Below are positions 1 through 10,665 of a stretch of DNA of 64,000 nt, piece by piece. Origin of the DNA: Oceanispirochaeta sp. GTDB taxonomy: Bacteria; Spirochaetota; Spirochaetia; DSM-2461. The DNA lies in the NCBI GenBank assembly GCA_963663385.2, contig CAXXXD010000003.1, positions 512,001-576,000 on the forward strand. Direction: 5' to 3'. Position 1 is the stretch's first letter. The number at the start of each line of letters is the position of its first letter. The notes beneath the pieces were generated by a model. The model made no database searches, was not told the DNA's origin, and worked only from the letters and a program-made list of their open reading frames with translations. Both the position numbers and the translations under genes were made by a program.

Positions 1-193
1 CACTGAATTCAATTCCTCTGACAAGTTTTATACCCAGTCTATCGGCTTCGGATTGAGCTTCATCAATCCCGTCAATGCTGTCATGATCTGTAATGGCAAC
101 AGCTGTCAGTCCGGCTTTCTTTGCCGCCTGTATCAATTCCCTCGGACTGACAGTTCCGTCAGAAATAGTAGTATGCGCATGTAAATCTATCAC
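1..193 (-). CDS. PHP-domain phosphoesterase (TrpH/YciV-like), 5' part only; runs off the window start
   Basis: Not in the ORF track. Manual translation from GTG at 193 gives MIDLHAHTTISDGTVSPRELIQAAKKAGLTAVAITDHDSIDG..., containing the PHP motifs DLHxHT-SDG and AITDHD; AGGAG RBS upstream. Confidence 0.9.
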   Translation of the reverse strand, partial: MIDLHAHTTISDGTVSPRELIQAAKKAGLTAVAITDHDSIDGIDEAQSEADRLGIKLVRGIEFS

Positions 194-305
194 CGGAAAC
201 TCCTATACGATTCCAATTGAGCAGAGATTATATTAGATGTTGATTATACTTAATATTCAATACATATTAAATCCATACAGAGAAGAATCTGTCGTTGATC
301 TGAAC

Positions 306-2402
306 TTAACTGGTTGTAAACCTTCCGAATTTTCCTGAAAGTTCGGAAACTATATTATCAAGCTCCTTTGCTACTTCGGCTGTCCTGTTCATGAAATCGG
401 AAGCCTGCTCGGAAGAAGCATTCATTTTTCGCATGTTTTCGGAAATAGTGACAGATTTGTTATTTACAACAGAAAGTGCCTGGTTTGTTGAGTTTATTCC
501 GCTGCTTATTTCATTTGAACCGGAATTTACTTCGTTTGTGATGCTATTAATCAGCTCCGTTGATTCAAGTATCTGCTTACCCCCTGCATTCAGTTCCGAT
601 ACAGCTTCTTCAATTTCAAAGAATGCATTAACTGTTGAATCAATCTCATTTCTGATGGAATCAAAAGTATTAAGTGTGTTCTCCATACTCCGGGCTGTTT
701 TTTCAACACCGGATGTCATTTCAGTTATCATCCTGCTGATTGAATCAGCCGAGCTGCCTGATGTTTCTGCAAGTTTACGTATTTCCTCGGCAACAACAGC
801 AAAGCCTTTGCCCGAATCACCGGCATGAGCAGCCTCAATTGCCGCATTCATAGAGAGTAAATTCGTCTGGTCGGCAATATCATTGATCACTTCAGTCATC
901 TCTCTGATATTCGAGATATAATTGACAACACCGGAAAGTTCATTTGAAGTTTCCCGAACCTGTATCCCCCCGTCATCTATCGCCTTTTTCAGTTTCTGAG
1001 TAGAAACTTTCCTGGAGTTTGTAATAACACCCACATTATTCAGTGATGCAATCATCTCATTAATGGCGGCTGTAGATTCTTCGACTGCAGCAGTCTGCGA
1101 TGATGTAATATTATCAAACGATTCCGTACTGGCTGCTATCTGTTCAAGTGCAGTAGCACTACTTTCTAACTGATTGTTCATCTCTGTTAAGTCCAAATCA
1201 ATATTCTTAATATTGCCCTTTATACCCTCACTGGTTTCCGCCATCAGGAACGTGCTTTCAAGCATCTCGTCTTTTATTCTGGCGGTGTCCTCGATCGCAT
1301 TTTGAATATCAGAAATCAATCTGTGCAGATTCTCTATAAACTGATTAAAATTATCAGCTACTTCGCCGATTTCATCCTTTGATACATTCTCTATCCTTTT
1401 TGTTAAATCCGCATCTCCATGAGCAATTTTAGAGAGCGATCTATTTATATTGTTCAAGGGCGAAAGAATAATCTTGAGAGACAGTGTCATAACTGTCATC
1501 AAAATAACAAGAGATACAATCGAAGAGATTAATAGGGCACGGAGAATCGGTTTAAGTCTGTTCCTGAAGCTGTTTACAGGAACAGCCGCTGCAACTATGC
1601 CGTAATGAGTGTCCTGAAACGCCGTAAAGACTTCCGTCCCCTTCCAGGTATAGTATAGACTTCCGGTTCTCATTTCAAAGATCCTATCTGAAAAGTCAAA
1701 TACTGACATATTGGAACCGACCAGCCTGTGATTGGAATGATACAAGCATGTTTTTGTTTTTGCATCCAGAATATAGGCATAACCGCCCTCTTCGTAATGT
1801 GTATTATCAATCATCGTCTGTAGATCAGAAGCTTCATACAGCTCCTGTAATTCCTGCGGTTTTACACCAATCTGAACAAGTCCGTTACTATTCATCAGGG
1901 GGACACCTAAATACTGGAATAAAGCATTATCAGCTGTCCGCATCTGCGGTTCCTGGGCTAACTCATAATCCTTTTCAGTCAGCATTCGCAGGAACGGCTT
2001 TGTCTGTTTTCCCGAATTAAAATCAAAACCGAAAAACTCAGGATTCGTCCCGGATATAATTATTCCATTATGATTAACAACATGTATCTCTTCAATTCCT
2101 ATTGATGAAGCTATTTCCTTCATTTTTTCAGCAGTCATGTCTTTCGGACAGTCTTCTATATGGTTTCGAATACTTCTGGTAACCCTCAGAAGATTCATAT
2201 TATGCGATTCTTCAAGTTTTTTGGTAATTTTGTGATTCATTTCCACATTCATAACAATATCGCTCAATGTTGCCTGAGTGGAAAGCCTCATAGTTGAATC
2301 AATCTCTTTTGCAATGTTTGTATACCCGATAAATGATACAACGAATGATGCGGCAGCCAATAGTATAATTCCCGGGATTAACAGTTTCGTGCTTATTTTC
2401 AT
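306..2402 (-). CDS. Methyl-accepting chemotaxis protein (2 TM, Cache-like sensor, HAMP, MA domain)
   Basis: Signalling hairpin [42 protein letters not shown] motif [15 protein letters not shown]; two hydrophobic segments. Confidence 0.95.
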   Translation of the reverse strand: MKISTKLLIPGIILLAAASFVVSFIGYTNIAKEIDSTMRLSTQATLSDIVMNVEMNHKITKKLEESHNMNLLRVTRSIRNHIEDCPKDMTAEKMKEIASSIGIEEIHVVNHNGIIISGTNPEFFGFDFNSGKQTKPFLRMLTEKDYELAQEPQMRTADNALFQYLGVPLMNSNGLVQIGVKPQELQELYEASDLQTMIDNTHYEEGGYAYILDAKTKTCLYHSNHRLVGSNMSVFDFSDRIFEMRTGSLYYTWKGTEVFTAFQDTHYGIVAAAVPVNSFRNRLKPILRALLISSIVSLVILMTVMTLSLKIILSPLNNINRSLSKIAHGDADLTKRIENVSKDEIGEVADNFNQFIENLHRLISDIQNAIEDTARIKDEMLESTFLMAETSEGIKGNIKNIDLDLTEMNNQLESSATALEQIAASTESFDNITSSQTAAVEESTAAINEMIASLNNVGVITNSRKVSTQKLKKAIDDGGIQVRETSNELSGVVNYISNIREMTEVINDIADQTNLLSMNAAIEAAHAGDSGKGFAVVAEEIRKLAETSGSSADSISRMITEMTSGVEKTARSMENTLNTFDSIRNEIDSTVNAFFEIEEAVSELNAGGKQILESTELINSITNEVNSGSNEISSGINSTNQALSVVNNKSVTISENMRKMNASSEQASDFMNRTAEVAKELDNIVSELSGKFGRFTTS

Positions 2403-2505
2403 TGTGCTATCCTATTACTATTTTTTTTTAAGAATCTGAAACCATAAAAGAACCTTCCGTTTCAGCAAAATCACATAGAATGTTCCCCTGCACTGCAGTA
2501 AAACT

Positions 2506-3996
2506 CTAACCGGCAGCCTTCGGTTCCCGGTCAAAAAAAACAACGGTGTTTCTACCGGCTTCCTTAGCCTCGTAGAGGGCTTCATCAGCTCTTTTCAGCA
2601 GTTTTATTATGTCATCGTTACGATTACTGACAGTACATCCAAAGCTTGCATTGCAGGAATGGACTTCCGGGAATATATGACTTTCGATAATCTTCCGGAG
2701 TTTTTCTGCCAGATTCAGAATCCCGGCTTTATCCGTAAGAGGACAGATAATCAAAAACTCTTCTCCTCCCCATCGTCCCAGTACATCCTGATTTCTGACA
2801 TTTTCTTTCAATAACTGTGTAAATTGAATTAGAACCTGGTCGCCCATGAGATGCCCGTATGTATCGTTGATAAGTTTAAAATGATCAATATCAAGCAGAA
2901 TAATGCCGAAATAATGCTTTGTATGTAATGAACAGGCCATCTCCATTTTTAAAATTTCATCCAGTTTGAATCTGTTATTAATGCCTGTTAAACGATCTGT
3001 TGTAGCCATCCTGTTCAATGTGGTATTCTTTTTTTCCAGAGTCCTCTTGAGCGTATTCAGATCATTAAGGAGGCTTTGGATGTGTCTTTTCTCTTTGGAT
3101 ATTCTTCTGTTCCAGTAAGCAAATGCTGCAATTATGACTGCCGCAAAAGCCAGCACTCTCCAAATCAGAGAATAGTCGGCTATATCAACATTAATTCTTA
3201 TCCACCTGTTGTATATACGGTTATGTTCCTGGGGTGTTATCTGGCTCAGAACCCGGTTAAAAATGGCTACCGTTTTTTCATGCCCCGGAGGAAGGCCCAG
3301 ACGATGTTCAAATACAAACTCTGTTTTTCCGGCAATCCGCAGATCATATCCCGTTTTTTTTATGTTGTGTACAACGACTGCCATATGCCCGACGAAGGCG
3401 TATAGTTCTCCCCGATTTAAAAGCCGCAGTCCCTCTTCGACGTTCCTTACGGGAACCAGCTCAATCCCCGGATAGTTCTGCTTCAGAAAATTATGACTGG
3501 TATAATTTTCCCCCACTCCAACCCGTTTGCCCTCCAGTTCTCGGGTACTGTTTATAAAATCAATACCAGCCTGGGTAGCAATGACCAGAGGGAAGGATAA
3601 ATAGGGGTCTGTCAGCAGGACTTCCGTTCCTATGTCATCTTCCGCTGCAATAGCAGGTATAATTTCTATTTCCTTATTTCTGAATTTTTCAAGAACTTCC
3701 TGCCAGGTGCTGCTCCGGACATAGTCCATTTTCAGGCCGGTTGAGTCTGTTAGAATTTTCAGGTAGTCGGCGATAATACCGCTGTATATGGTTTCATCAA
3801 ATGTATTGGAGAGAGGCTCCCAATTCACTTCGCTGAATCGCAGACGGGCTTCCTGAGCCAACCATTCCCTTTCTTCTTCAGATAGATCCAAAGAGTGTAT
3901 TGTTTCAATGGAAAAGATCAGCAGCATTTGGAAGATGACAATTCGAACAATTCTATTCTTTATTTTTTTCTTATTAATATTCAATGAACTCATCAT
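2506..3996 (-). CDS. Diguanylate cyclase with periplasmic solute-binding (SBP_bac_3-like) sensor
   Basis: TDRLTGINNR, DIDHFKLIND, RNQD I-site and GGEEF; N-terminal LSEEEREWL-type binding-protein domain and one TM. Start moved to ATGATG at 3996/3993 behind GGAG. Confidence 0.92.
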   Translation of the reverse strand: MMSSLNINKKKIKNRIVRIVIFQMLLIFSIETIHSLDLSEEEREWLAQEARLRFSEVNWEPLSNTFDETIYSGIIADYLKILTDSTGLKMDYVRSSTWQEVLEKFRNKEIEIIPAIAAEDDIGTEVLLTDPYLSFPLVIATQAGIDFINSTRELEGKRVGVGENYTSHNFLKQNYPGIELVPVRNVEEGLRLLNRGELYAFVGHMAVVVHNIKKTGYDLRIAGKTEFVFEHRLGLPPGHEKTVAIFNRVLSQITPQEHNRIYNRWIRINVDIADYSLIWRVLAFAAVIIAAFAYWNRRISKEKRHIQSLLNDLNTLKRTLEKKNTTLNRMATTDRLTGINNRFKLDEILKMEMACSLHTKHYFGIILLDIDHFKLINDTYGHLMGDQVLIQFTQLLKENVRNQDVLGRWGGEEFLIICPLTDKAGILNLAEKLRKIIESHIFPEVHSCNASFGCTVSNRNDDIIKLLKRADEALYEAKEAGRNTVVFFDREPKAAG

Positions 3997-4210
3997 TATC
4001 TCCGGATACCCGAGCTCTGGCAAAATCGATTTCCAGTTTCAATTGCCTGTTCATCCGACGGGTAAATACGGCTGCATTGAGAATAATTAAAGTCAGAGCC
4101 GTCAGTCCCAGAAGAAATACAACCTGAACAATGGAATCTCCATCTGAAAAAAAAATCTCATTTGGGATATTGGCCTGAATCGTAAAAATTAAATCCTTTA
4201 TCTTTTTCAT
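3974..4210 (-). CDS. Small single-TM hypothetical protein (78 aa)
   Basis: AAGGA RBS upstream, one hydrophobic helix, 3' end overlaps the start of the GGDEF gene; same strand as neighbours. Confidence 0.55.
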   Translation of the reverse strand: MKKIKDLIFTIQANIPNEIFFSDGDSIVQVVFLLGLTALTLIILNAAVFTRRMNRQLKLEIDFARARVSGDNDEFIEY

Positions 4211-4270
4211 TATTTATTTTTCCTTAAATCCTCTTCTGTTTTATCTGATCCATTCGTATTGATCTGGGGT

Positions 4271-5821
4271 TCAAACCTCTTTGAGGTATTCGTATACCGA
4301 TTCGATTTCCTTCAGAGACTCCTCAAAGCATTTAAATACTTCGGGATCAAAATGCCCGCTCATATCCTCTTTCATAATCAGTAAGGCCGCTTTTATGGAA
4401 AAAGCTTTTTTATAGGATCGTTTTGAGGTCAGCGCATCGAAAACATCCGCTATTGCAATAATCCGGCCTGCTATTGGTATCTCCTGGCCGGAAAGTCCCC
4501 TTGGATATCCTGTCCCATCAAATTTCTCATGGTGGCTGCTAATAATCTCTGCAGCCATTTCCATTAAGGAGAGCGAGGAATACTGTAAAAGATTATCACT
4601 GATCTGCCGGATGACTTCTTCTCCGATAGTGACATGTCTCTGCATCTTTTTTCTCTCTTCTGCGCTTAGGCAACCAGGTTTATTAAGAATATAATCGGGG
4701 ATCCCTATCTTACCGATATCATGAAGAGGAGCGAACCAGAGAATCTCCCGGATCAGTCTGGGAGGAATATCATTGTTTTTTTCATAGTATTTACAGGCAA
4801 TAATATGGGAATAACGAGACATCCGTTGGATATGACGGGCTGTTTCATCGTCTTTTTCATGAGAAATTTTTACAAAGGCCTGTGAAATAAAGACCACGAT
4901 ATACTGGAGTATGTACTCCATATAAAGTTTGTGCTTTATTGCATCCAGAACACGGTAGCCAAAGTTGGTCTCCAGTTTACAGAACGTTCCCTCTTTTCTC
5001 AGGGCAAGGACATAACCTACGCAATGACCCTTGAACCGGATTGGAAAAATAACACAGGCTTTATAGTCCTGGTTTATCATCTCCATAGTCAGCTGTGAAA
5101 CAGGATTCTTAACGGCAAAGTTTTCAAGATTATTAATAATCAGGCTTTCTTTATCATGTAAAAGTCTTCTCAGTAGTTTTCCGTCAAAGTGACCCTTATA
5201 AAATGTTTCCATCTTCAGATCCCAGGCAGTTTCATAAATTGTCTCAACGTTGTACTTGCCCTCTCTGTCCAGAAAAGCTAATCCGAGTTTATCACTTTTC
5301 ATTTTCTGATCCAGAATCTGTTTGAACTTAACCATGACCTGTTCAAGATTGCCATGGATATCTATTTCTCCTATTTGGCGGAATAGAGAGTCTTCATTAA
5401 TAAAATCTGAGTTTTGTTCACACGTCTCCGACCGGTAGGCTCTTCTGTTTTTTCTAAATTGGAGTGATATTTCACCGGAGGGATTTCCTTCCCGGTTTCT
5501 GCCTCTGAAATAGTTTGTCTTCTGATATAAAGAAGTTATCCATGCGGCTGGGCTGAACTTTCGGGTTACTATTAAGCCGGTGACTAAAATCAGGATCAGC
5601 ATCCCATGAAGATAGGCATCCAGTGAAATGGACCAGTTCCAGATTCCTGTATTCCCATTAGGTTCCAGCGCATTTGAACTTTCCAATTTAGAAAACGGAT
5701 GACTATCGGGTGGTGTCTCCTGCAGGATAAATTGTTCTTTTAAATCGGAAAGCAAAAGTGTTAGAACCACGAGGATACTGAGGCAATAAAGGATAGTATT
5801 AAAGGATACGTTTTTTTTCAT
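4271..5821 (-). CDS. Membrane-anchored GAF / HD-GYP cyclic-dinucleotide phosphodiesterase
   Basis: ETARHIQRM, LHDIGKIGIPD, HHEKFDGTGYP, IADVFDALTSKRSYK; central GAF-like region; two N-terminal hydrophobic segments. Confidence 0.92.
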   Translation of the reverse strand: MKKNVSFNTILYCLSILVVLTLLLSDLKEQFILQETPPDSHPFSKLESSNALEPNGNTGIWNWSISLDAYLHGMLILILVTGLIVTRKFSPAAWITSLYQKTNYFRGRNREGNPSGEISLQFRKNRRAYRSETCEQNSDFINEDSLFRQIGEIDIHGNLEQVMVKFKQILDQKMKSDKLGLAFLDREGKYNVETIYETAWDLKMETFYKGHFDGKLLRRLLHDKESLIINNLENFAVKNPVSQLTMEMINQDYKACVIFPIRFKGHCVGYVLALRKEGTFCKLETNFGYRVLDAIKHKLYMEYILQYIVVFISQAFVKISHEKDDETARHIQRMSRYSHIIACKYYEKNNDIPPRLIREILWFAPLHDIGKIGIPDYILNKPGCLSAEERKKMQRHVTIGEEVIRQISDNLLQYSSLSLMEMAAEIISSHHEKFDGTGYPRGLSGQEIPIAGRIIAIADVFDALTSKRSYKKAFSIKAALLIMKEDMSGHFDPEVFKCFEESLKEIESVYEYLKEV

Positions 5822-6050
5822 ATTTTAATAACCTGTATTTTTTGATTCTGTGTTTCTGCTTTTTTGAGGCATATCAATAGGATTCAGGATTAGCTGGAGT
5901 ATTTTTTTAATAAACTCGTTTGCGTTTTGAACAAGGGCATTGGAAGAAAAACGAAATTGCAAAAATCTAATATTATTCTGAAATTATCCTGTGTCCGCCT
6001 GTTTTTGTGTGAACGAGAAGGATCATAGGATAAATAATCTCAATCGTATA

Positions 6051-6100
6051 TACGTAATCTTACGTAATCTACAGTTTCTGCTTCTACGTAATATTACGTA
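6051..6100. promoter_or_regulatory. Two TACGTA-N4-TACGTA boxes, candidate LuxR/NarL-type operators
   Basis: TACGTAATCTTACGTA at 6051-6066 and perfect palindrome TACGTAATATTACGTA at 6085-6100, in the divergent intergenic region next to a LuxR gene. Confidence 0.6.
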
Positions 6101-6294
6101 TTTGCAAAAAAACCGGGCTGATTTTTTCTGCAGTCTTTTCTGAATACCATTTTCAGATTCGGTCCTGCCTTTGAAAATGATTTACCTGTGATGTGGTGTA
6201 GATCAGGTTCAGTAGTTTTTCTTAGATCTTTCTGGATCAAATAATAACTGCAGTCTATTGTTATTCCGTGATATTTGCTATGATAAAATTCTCT

Positions 6295-7218
6295 ATGGAA
6301 CAATATCTTCTCTGGTTTAATATACTGGGCTTTGCCTTGTTATTTGCAGCTCTGGGATCTACTTATATTGTATATAAGCCGATAAAGCCTGACTGGTTAG
6401 GATCCTACCTGCTATATATTATTGTCTATGCTTCCTTTATGATTCTTAATACATACCGTTTTTTCAGAAAGGTCTATCTAACTTTGTCATTCTATTCTAT
6501 GGATACGCAGTCTATGATGCTGGCCCTGATAGTTGCGTTGCTTCTTTTTATAGTCGTACCGCGCTTTATCTGGACACTCTGTTTTGGAAATGTTACATGG
6601 AAACAAAGATCCTTTTCCTTCGTGATGGGGATCCTTTTTTTGGCAATGTATATCATTTCAGTTCTATTTCCTGCTGTAGCTACCAGGATCAGTATCGTCG
6701 CGATCGTTTATATGAATGTTTATCTCGGGACTGTAACTCTCAATGGTTTGATCCGGCTGCGACTGCATTCCACAGTCAGTGATCGGGAAGATGCCGGTAT
6801 TGTGATTCCTTTTCTTTACATGAGCTGTTTGCTTTATTATATCGTAGCTTTACAGAGTGTTGTAATGCCGATGGTTGTATCGGAAACACTGAATAATAAG
6901 CTGAACCTTTTTACTTCGGGATGCATTTCGTTTTTATGGGGAGCCCTTTCTCTGTTGTATCTTTTCTGGAAAAATCCGGGGAAGTCGTTGTGTGGTGTTT
7001 TACTTGTTTCGGAATCATTCACAGCTCAGTACAGGATAACCCCCAGAGAAAGAGATGTGTTAGGCCTTCTCGTTAACGGAAAGAGTAATAAAGAGATAGG
7101 GGAGGCGCTATTTGTTTCTCCCCGTACGGTGGAGACTCATATTTATAATATCTATCGAAAGTGTTCCGTTAAAAATAAACTTGAACTGTTCGGTAAAATC
7201 AGAGACTGTCCCGAATAG
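6295..7218 (+). CDS. Multi-pass membrane protein with C-terminal LuxR-type HTH (one-component regulator)
   Basis: About 7 hydrophobic segments then ITPRERDVLGLLVNGKSNKEIGEALFVSPRTVETHIYNIYRK. Start placed at ATG 6295 directly after TGaTAAAAT. Confidence 0.9.
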   Translation: MEQYLLWFNILGFALLFAALGSTYIVYKPIKPDWLGSYLLYIIVYASFMILNTYRFFRKVYLTLSFYSMDTQSMMLALIVALLLFIVVPRFIWTLCFGNVTWKQRSFSFVMGILFLAMYIISVLFPAVATRISIVAIVYMNVYLGTVTLNGLIRLRLHSTVSDREDAGIVIPFLYMSCLLYYIVALQSVVMPMVVSETLNNKLNLFTSGCISFLWGALSLLYLFWKNPGKSLCGVLLVSESFTAQYRITPRERDVLGLLVNGKSNKEIGEALFVSPRTVETHIYNIYRKCSVKNKLELFGKIRDCPE

Positions 7219-7325
7219 ATCATAAATCGCTCCAACCTACTTAGAATCCAGTTTTTCCGAGCCGTCCCAGTCAATGTTCTACCCATGGACGTGAAACCAC
7301 CTAATAAATAAGGTATAATTCCCTC

Positions 7326-8054
7326 ATGAAAAGAATAAGTCTCATAAATAACAGAATTCTTGTTACCGGCGCCTCCCGCGGAATCGGGAAAGCCTGCGCC
7401 CTGGCTCTGGCCGAGGAAGACGCCATTATCTATCTGTCGGGACGAACCCTGTCCTCTCTCAATGCTGTGAAAGAGGAAATTGAAGAGAAGGGCGGAAAGG
7501 CCGTCTGTCTCACAGCAGATTTAAGCGAACCCGGGGGAGTGGAAAAGCTCATCTCCTCTTATAAGGAACAGTCGGAGGATCTGGATGTTCTGATCAATAA
7601 CGCGGGAGTGGCCCTGTCCGCTCCCATAGAAAAAACCACCGGGGATGACTGGGACAGGATTATGGGGATCAATGCCCGGTCCCCCTACTTTCTCTGCCGG
7701 GAAGCCCTGCCCCTGATGGAATCATCACCGGTAAAGACAATAATTAATATAGCATCCGTTGTAGCGACTCAGGGGTATCCTCTGCAGTCGGCCTACACTG
7801 CATCCAAACATGCTCTTATAGGATTCAGCAAGTCCCTGGCCCGGGAACTTCAGGACAGGGGATACCGTATCCATGTCCTCTCTCCGGGGGGGGTGGCAAC
7901 CGAAATGGTGACGGGTGTCCGGCCCGATATTAATACGGAAGAACTGATCGCTCCGGAGGAACTGGCGGAATGGGTCCGTTTTCTGTTAACCGTAAAAGGA
8001 AACGGTATGGTCGACCATATTGCCATAAGAAGAGAATCCAAACTTCCCTGGTAA
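7326..8054 (+). CDS. Short-chain dehydrogenase/reductase (SDR)
   Basis: [12 protein letters not shown], catalytic YTASK. Confidence 0.93.
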   Translation: MKRISLINNRILVTGASRGIGKACALALAEEDAIIYLSGRTLSSLNAVKEEIEEKGGKAVCLTADLSEPGGVEKLISSYKEQSEDLDVLINNAGVALSAPIEKTTGDDWDRIMGINARSPYFLCREALPLMESSPVKTIINIASVVATQGYPLQSAYTASKHALIGFSKSLARELQDRGYRIHVLSPGGVATEMVTGVRPDINTEELIAPEELAEWVRFLLTVKGNGMVDHIAIRRESKLPW

Positions 8055-8095
8055 AAATCTTTACAAAATTACTTATATTAAGGAATAATAGGGGC

Positions 8096-10339
8096 ATGAG
8101 AAAACACGGTCTGCTTTTGATTCTTTCATTATTTACCGGTTCTGTTCTTTTCGCACAAACCGCAGTGACAGGTGTACTGGATCTACGGAATCAGGACTGG
8201 AGTCATGCCATAGCGAAACTGAATGGAGAGTGGGAATTTCACTTCGAAGAACAGCTTTCCGGGCCGGATCCGTCTTCGGCAGTTATCGTACCGGTTCCTG
8301 CAAAATGGAATTCATACACCGGCAAAGAGGGAAAGGTGATGGGCCGTACCGGTTACGGGACGTTCTGCCTGACCGTGCTGCTCCGGGGGGACGAACCGGC
8401 TCTGGCTATTGAACTGAACCGGCCCAATAATGCTTACAGGCTTTTTATAAACGGCAGGGAAATGGGGCAGGCCGGTGTGCCGGGTACAGATAAAGATTCT
8501 ACAGTACCCCGCTACGACCGCAACCTCTATCCGGTCCCTCCCGGGATAAAAAAACTGGAAATAGGAATCCAGGTCAGCAATTTTCATCAGGCTTCCGGAG
8601 GGCTTCAGGAAAAGATCATGATAGGTGAATACCGCCGGATTTCCGGGCGGTGGAATCTGAAGCGCGGCATTGAGATGATGCTTATCGGTGTTTCCCTGGC
8701 CATGATGCTCTATTTCCTTGTTCTGTTTCTGTATATGCCCAGTGAGAAGATCTATCTTTACTTTTTTCTGTTTACCATGACGGCGGTTATACGATCCCTC
8801 GTTACAGAGTCCTACTTCCTTCAGGACCTCCTTCCCTTTATGAACTGGTATATAATGATCCGTCTGGAATACCTGACATTCGCTTTTATTATAACGGCCA
8901 TGATCGCTTTCCTCCGGAGCCTCTATCCGGATGATGTTCCGAAAATCCCTTTCAACCTGATTTTCGGATTGTCCTGTCTGTACGGCGTTATCATTCTGTT
9001 TACATCATCCGTTTTTTTTACTTCCTTTATGACTGTTCAGCAGGTGCTTATGATTCTGGAGACTTTCTTCATTGTCTACATTATGGTGCGGACTGTCCGC
9101 AGGAAACGGGAAGGGACCGCTTATGTTTTCATCGGGGTTTCCCTGCTGCTGATGGCCTTTGTCAACGATCTGCTGAATGCCATGCTTATTCTGCATACAG
9201 GCGGTGTCCTCAGCTACGGGATGCTGGGATTCCTGCTCAGTCAGGCTTTTCTCCTGGCCGGACGCTTTACCCGGGAGAAACAGAAAAGCGACCGGCTCGG
9301 CCGTGATCTGGAAATTTCATCGGGAAAGCTTGAATCCCTCTTTCAGGAGATCCGCCGTTCCGGAAGAGATCTGTCTGAATCAGGGAAAGCCCTTAACAGC
9401 AGTATGATCAGCGCTGAAAGCTCGGTAGAGGAAATAACAGCGCATATTCACGGGGTTAACAGTGAAATCAGCAGTCAGAACAGGGGCCTTCAGGATACCA
9501 GAGCGGCATCTGAGCTTATGAACTCCTTTCTCAGCGGTCTGGATGCCGGGATTCACCGGCAATCAGAAGAAACAGACAGGGCCTCCCTTACCATAAAAGC
9601 CCTTCTCAGTGAAACGGAACAGCTGTTTTCCCGATTTGAAGGAATGGATAATTCCTTTAATCTTCTGTCTGATTCCAGCGAAAAGGGCGAGGCCCTGCTG
9701 GAGAGCATGAGTCACCTGGTTCAGGGCGTGAACAGACGATCCGAAAGGCTTGTTGAAACGAACGAGCTGATAGCCGGTATTTCCAGTCAAACGAATATGC
9801 TGGCCATGAACGCCGCTATCGAGGCTGCCCATGCCGGAGAGGCGGGCAGGGGATTTGCTGTAGTAGCTGAAGAGATCCGGAAACTGGCCGAGCAGACTGC
9901 TGTGCAGTCCTCCGAATCGGATAAGGAACTGAAGGAGATTCTGAGTGAAATCCAGGAAATGGTCAGCGCAACAGAGAGGGTGGAATCCAGTTTCACAAGC
10001 ATTCAAACGGGAGTCACTGCTTTTAAAGCCGATCTGGATGAGATGAAGAATGCGCTGGATCAGCAGAACCGTCAGGGCGATGAAATCCGAAACAGCCTGT
10101 CTTCGGTACAGAACGTTTCCGATCAGGTCCTGCTGGAATCGGGTGAAATAAGGAAGAACCGGGAGGTTACGGGACACAGCCTCGAACAGCTAAGCGAATT
10201 GAGTCAGAAAGTAAACCTGAGGGTTGAGGAGATGCTCCTCAGCACGGAGAAGTTGAACAAGTCCCTTGAGGCTGCCGGTGAAATGGAGAAATCCACCCTT
10301 AAGGCTATTGAAACGCTGATTACATTGACGGAAACATAA
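8096..10339 (+). CDS. Chemoreceptor with 7TM-DISM-type sensor (sugar-binding-like extracellular domain + ~7 TM + MA domain)
   Basis: Signal peptide from ATG 8096 ([13 protein letters not shown]), LNGEWEF..VPAKW..GYGT..QVSNF extracellular motifs, several TMs, [35 protein letters not shown]. Confidence 0.88.
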   Translation: MRKHGLLLILSLFTGSVLFAQTAVTGVLDLRNQDWSHAIAKLNGEWEFHFEEQLSGPDPSSAVIVPVPAKWNSYTGKEGKVMGRTGYGTFCLTVLLRGDEPALAIELNRPNNAYRLFINGREMGQAGVPGTDKDSTVPRYDRNLYPVPPGIKKLEIGIQVSNFHQASGGLQEKIMIGEYRRISGRWNLKRGIEMMLIGVSLAMMLYFLVLFLYMPSEKIYLYFFLFTMTAVIRSLVTESYFLQDLLPFMNWYIMIRLEYLTFAFIITAMIAFLRSLYPDDVPKIPFNLIFGLSCLYGVIILFTSSVFFTSFMTVQQVLMILETFFIVYIMVRTVRRKREGTAYVFIGVSLLLMAFVNDLLNAMLILHTGGVLSYGMLGFLLSQAFLLAGRFTREKQKSDRLGRDLEISSGKLESLFQEIRRSGRDLSESGKALNSSMISAESSVEEITAHIHGVNSEISSQNRGLQDTRAASELMNSFLSGLDAGIHRQSEETDRASLTIKALLSETEQLFSRFEGMDNSFNLLSDSSEKGEALLESMSHLVQGVNRRSERLVETNELIAGISSQTNMLAMNAAIEAAHAGEAGRGFAVVAEEIRKLAEQTAVQSSESDKELKEILSEIQEMVSATERVESSFTSIQTGVTAFKADLDEMKNALDQQNRQGDEIRNSLSSVQNVSDQVLLESGEIRKNREVTGHSLEQLSELSQKVNLRVEEMLLSTEKLNKSLEAAGEMEKSTLKAIETLITLTET

Positions 10340-10416
10340 AAAAAGATTGACCCCAACCTGTTAAAGGACGTATGGTTTAATAATTGAAAGCATGGGTTTA
10401 ACCGAGGATAGGGGTC

Positions 10417-10665
10417 ATGGATATTCAAATTGAAGACTTTGAGGGATCTCGCATTATAAGGCTGCCGGGAAACGCTCTGAAAGGGTGTAAAAGCGGTGAT
10501 GTGGTCCATCTGGATATTTTGAAAGGGGCTCTGCTTGTAAAACCGGAAAACCACGAATTCCGTTCGGACTGGGCCGGGAAAATAAAACATAGCGGTCGGA
10601 AAGGGATGGAAAGCCTCCTGATAGAGGAGCCCTCCGCTATAGAAATGGATGACTGGGAATGGTAG
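10417..10665 (+). CDS. AbrB/MazE-like antitoxin (divergent)
   Basis: 82 aa with IRLP, D-V-L and LLVKP..RSDW pattern and acidic DDWEW tail; overlaps the downstream PemK/MazF-like gene by 7 nt. Confidence 0.7.
   Translation: MDIQIEDFEGSRIIRLPGNALKGCKSGDVVHLDILKGALLVKPENHEFRSDWAGKIKHSGRKGMESLLIEEPSAIEMDDWEW

Noticed and set aside
5825..5965. Short open frame upstream of the HD-GYP gene
   Set aside because: No convincing start codon with RBS and no recognisable motif.
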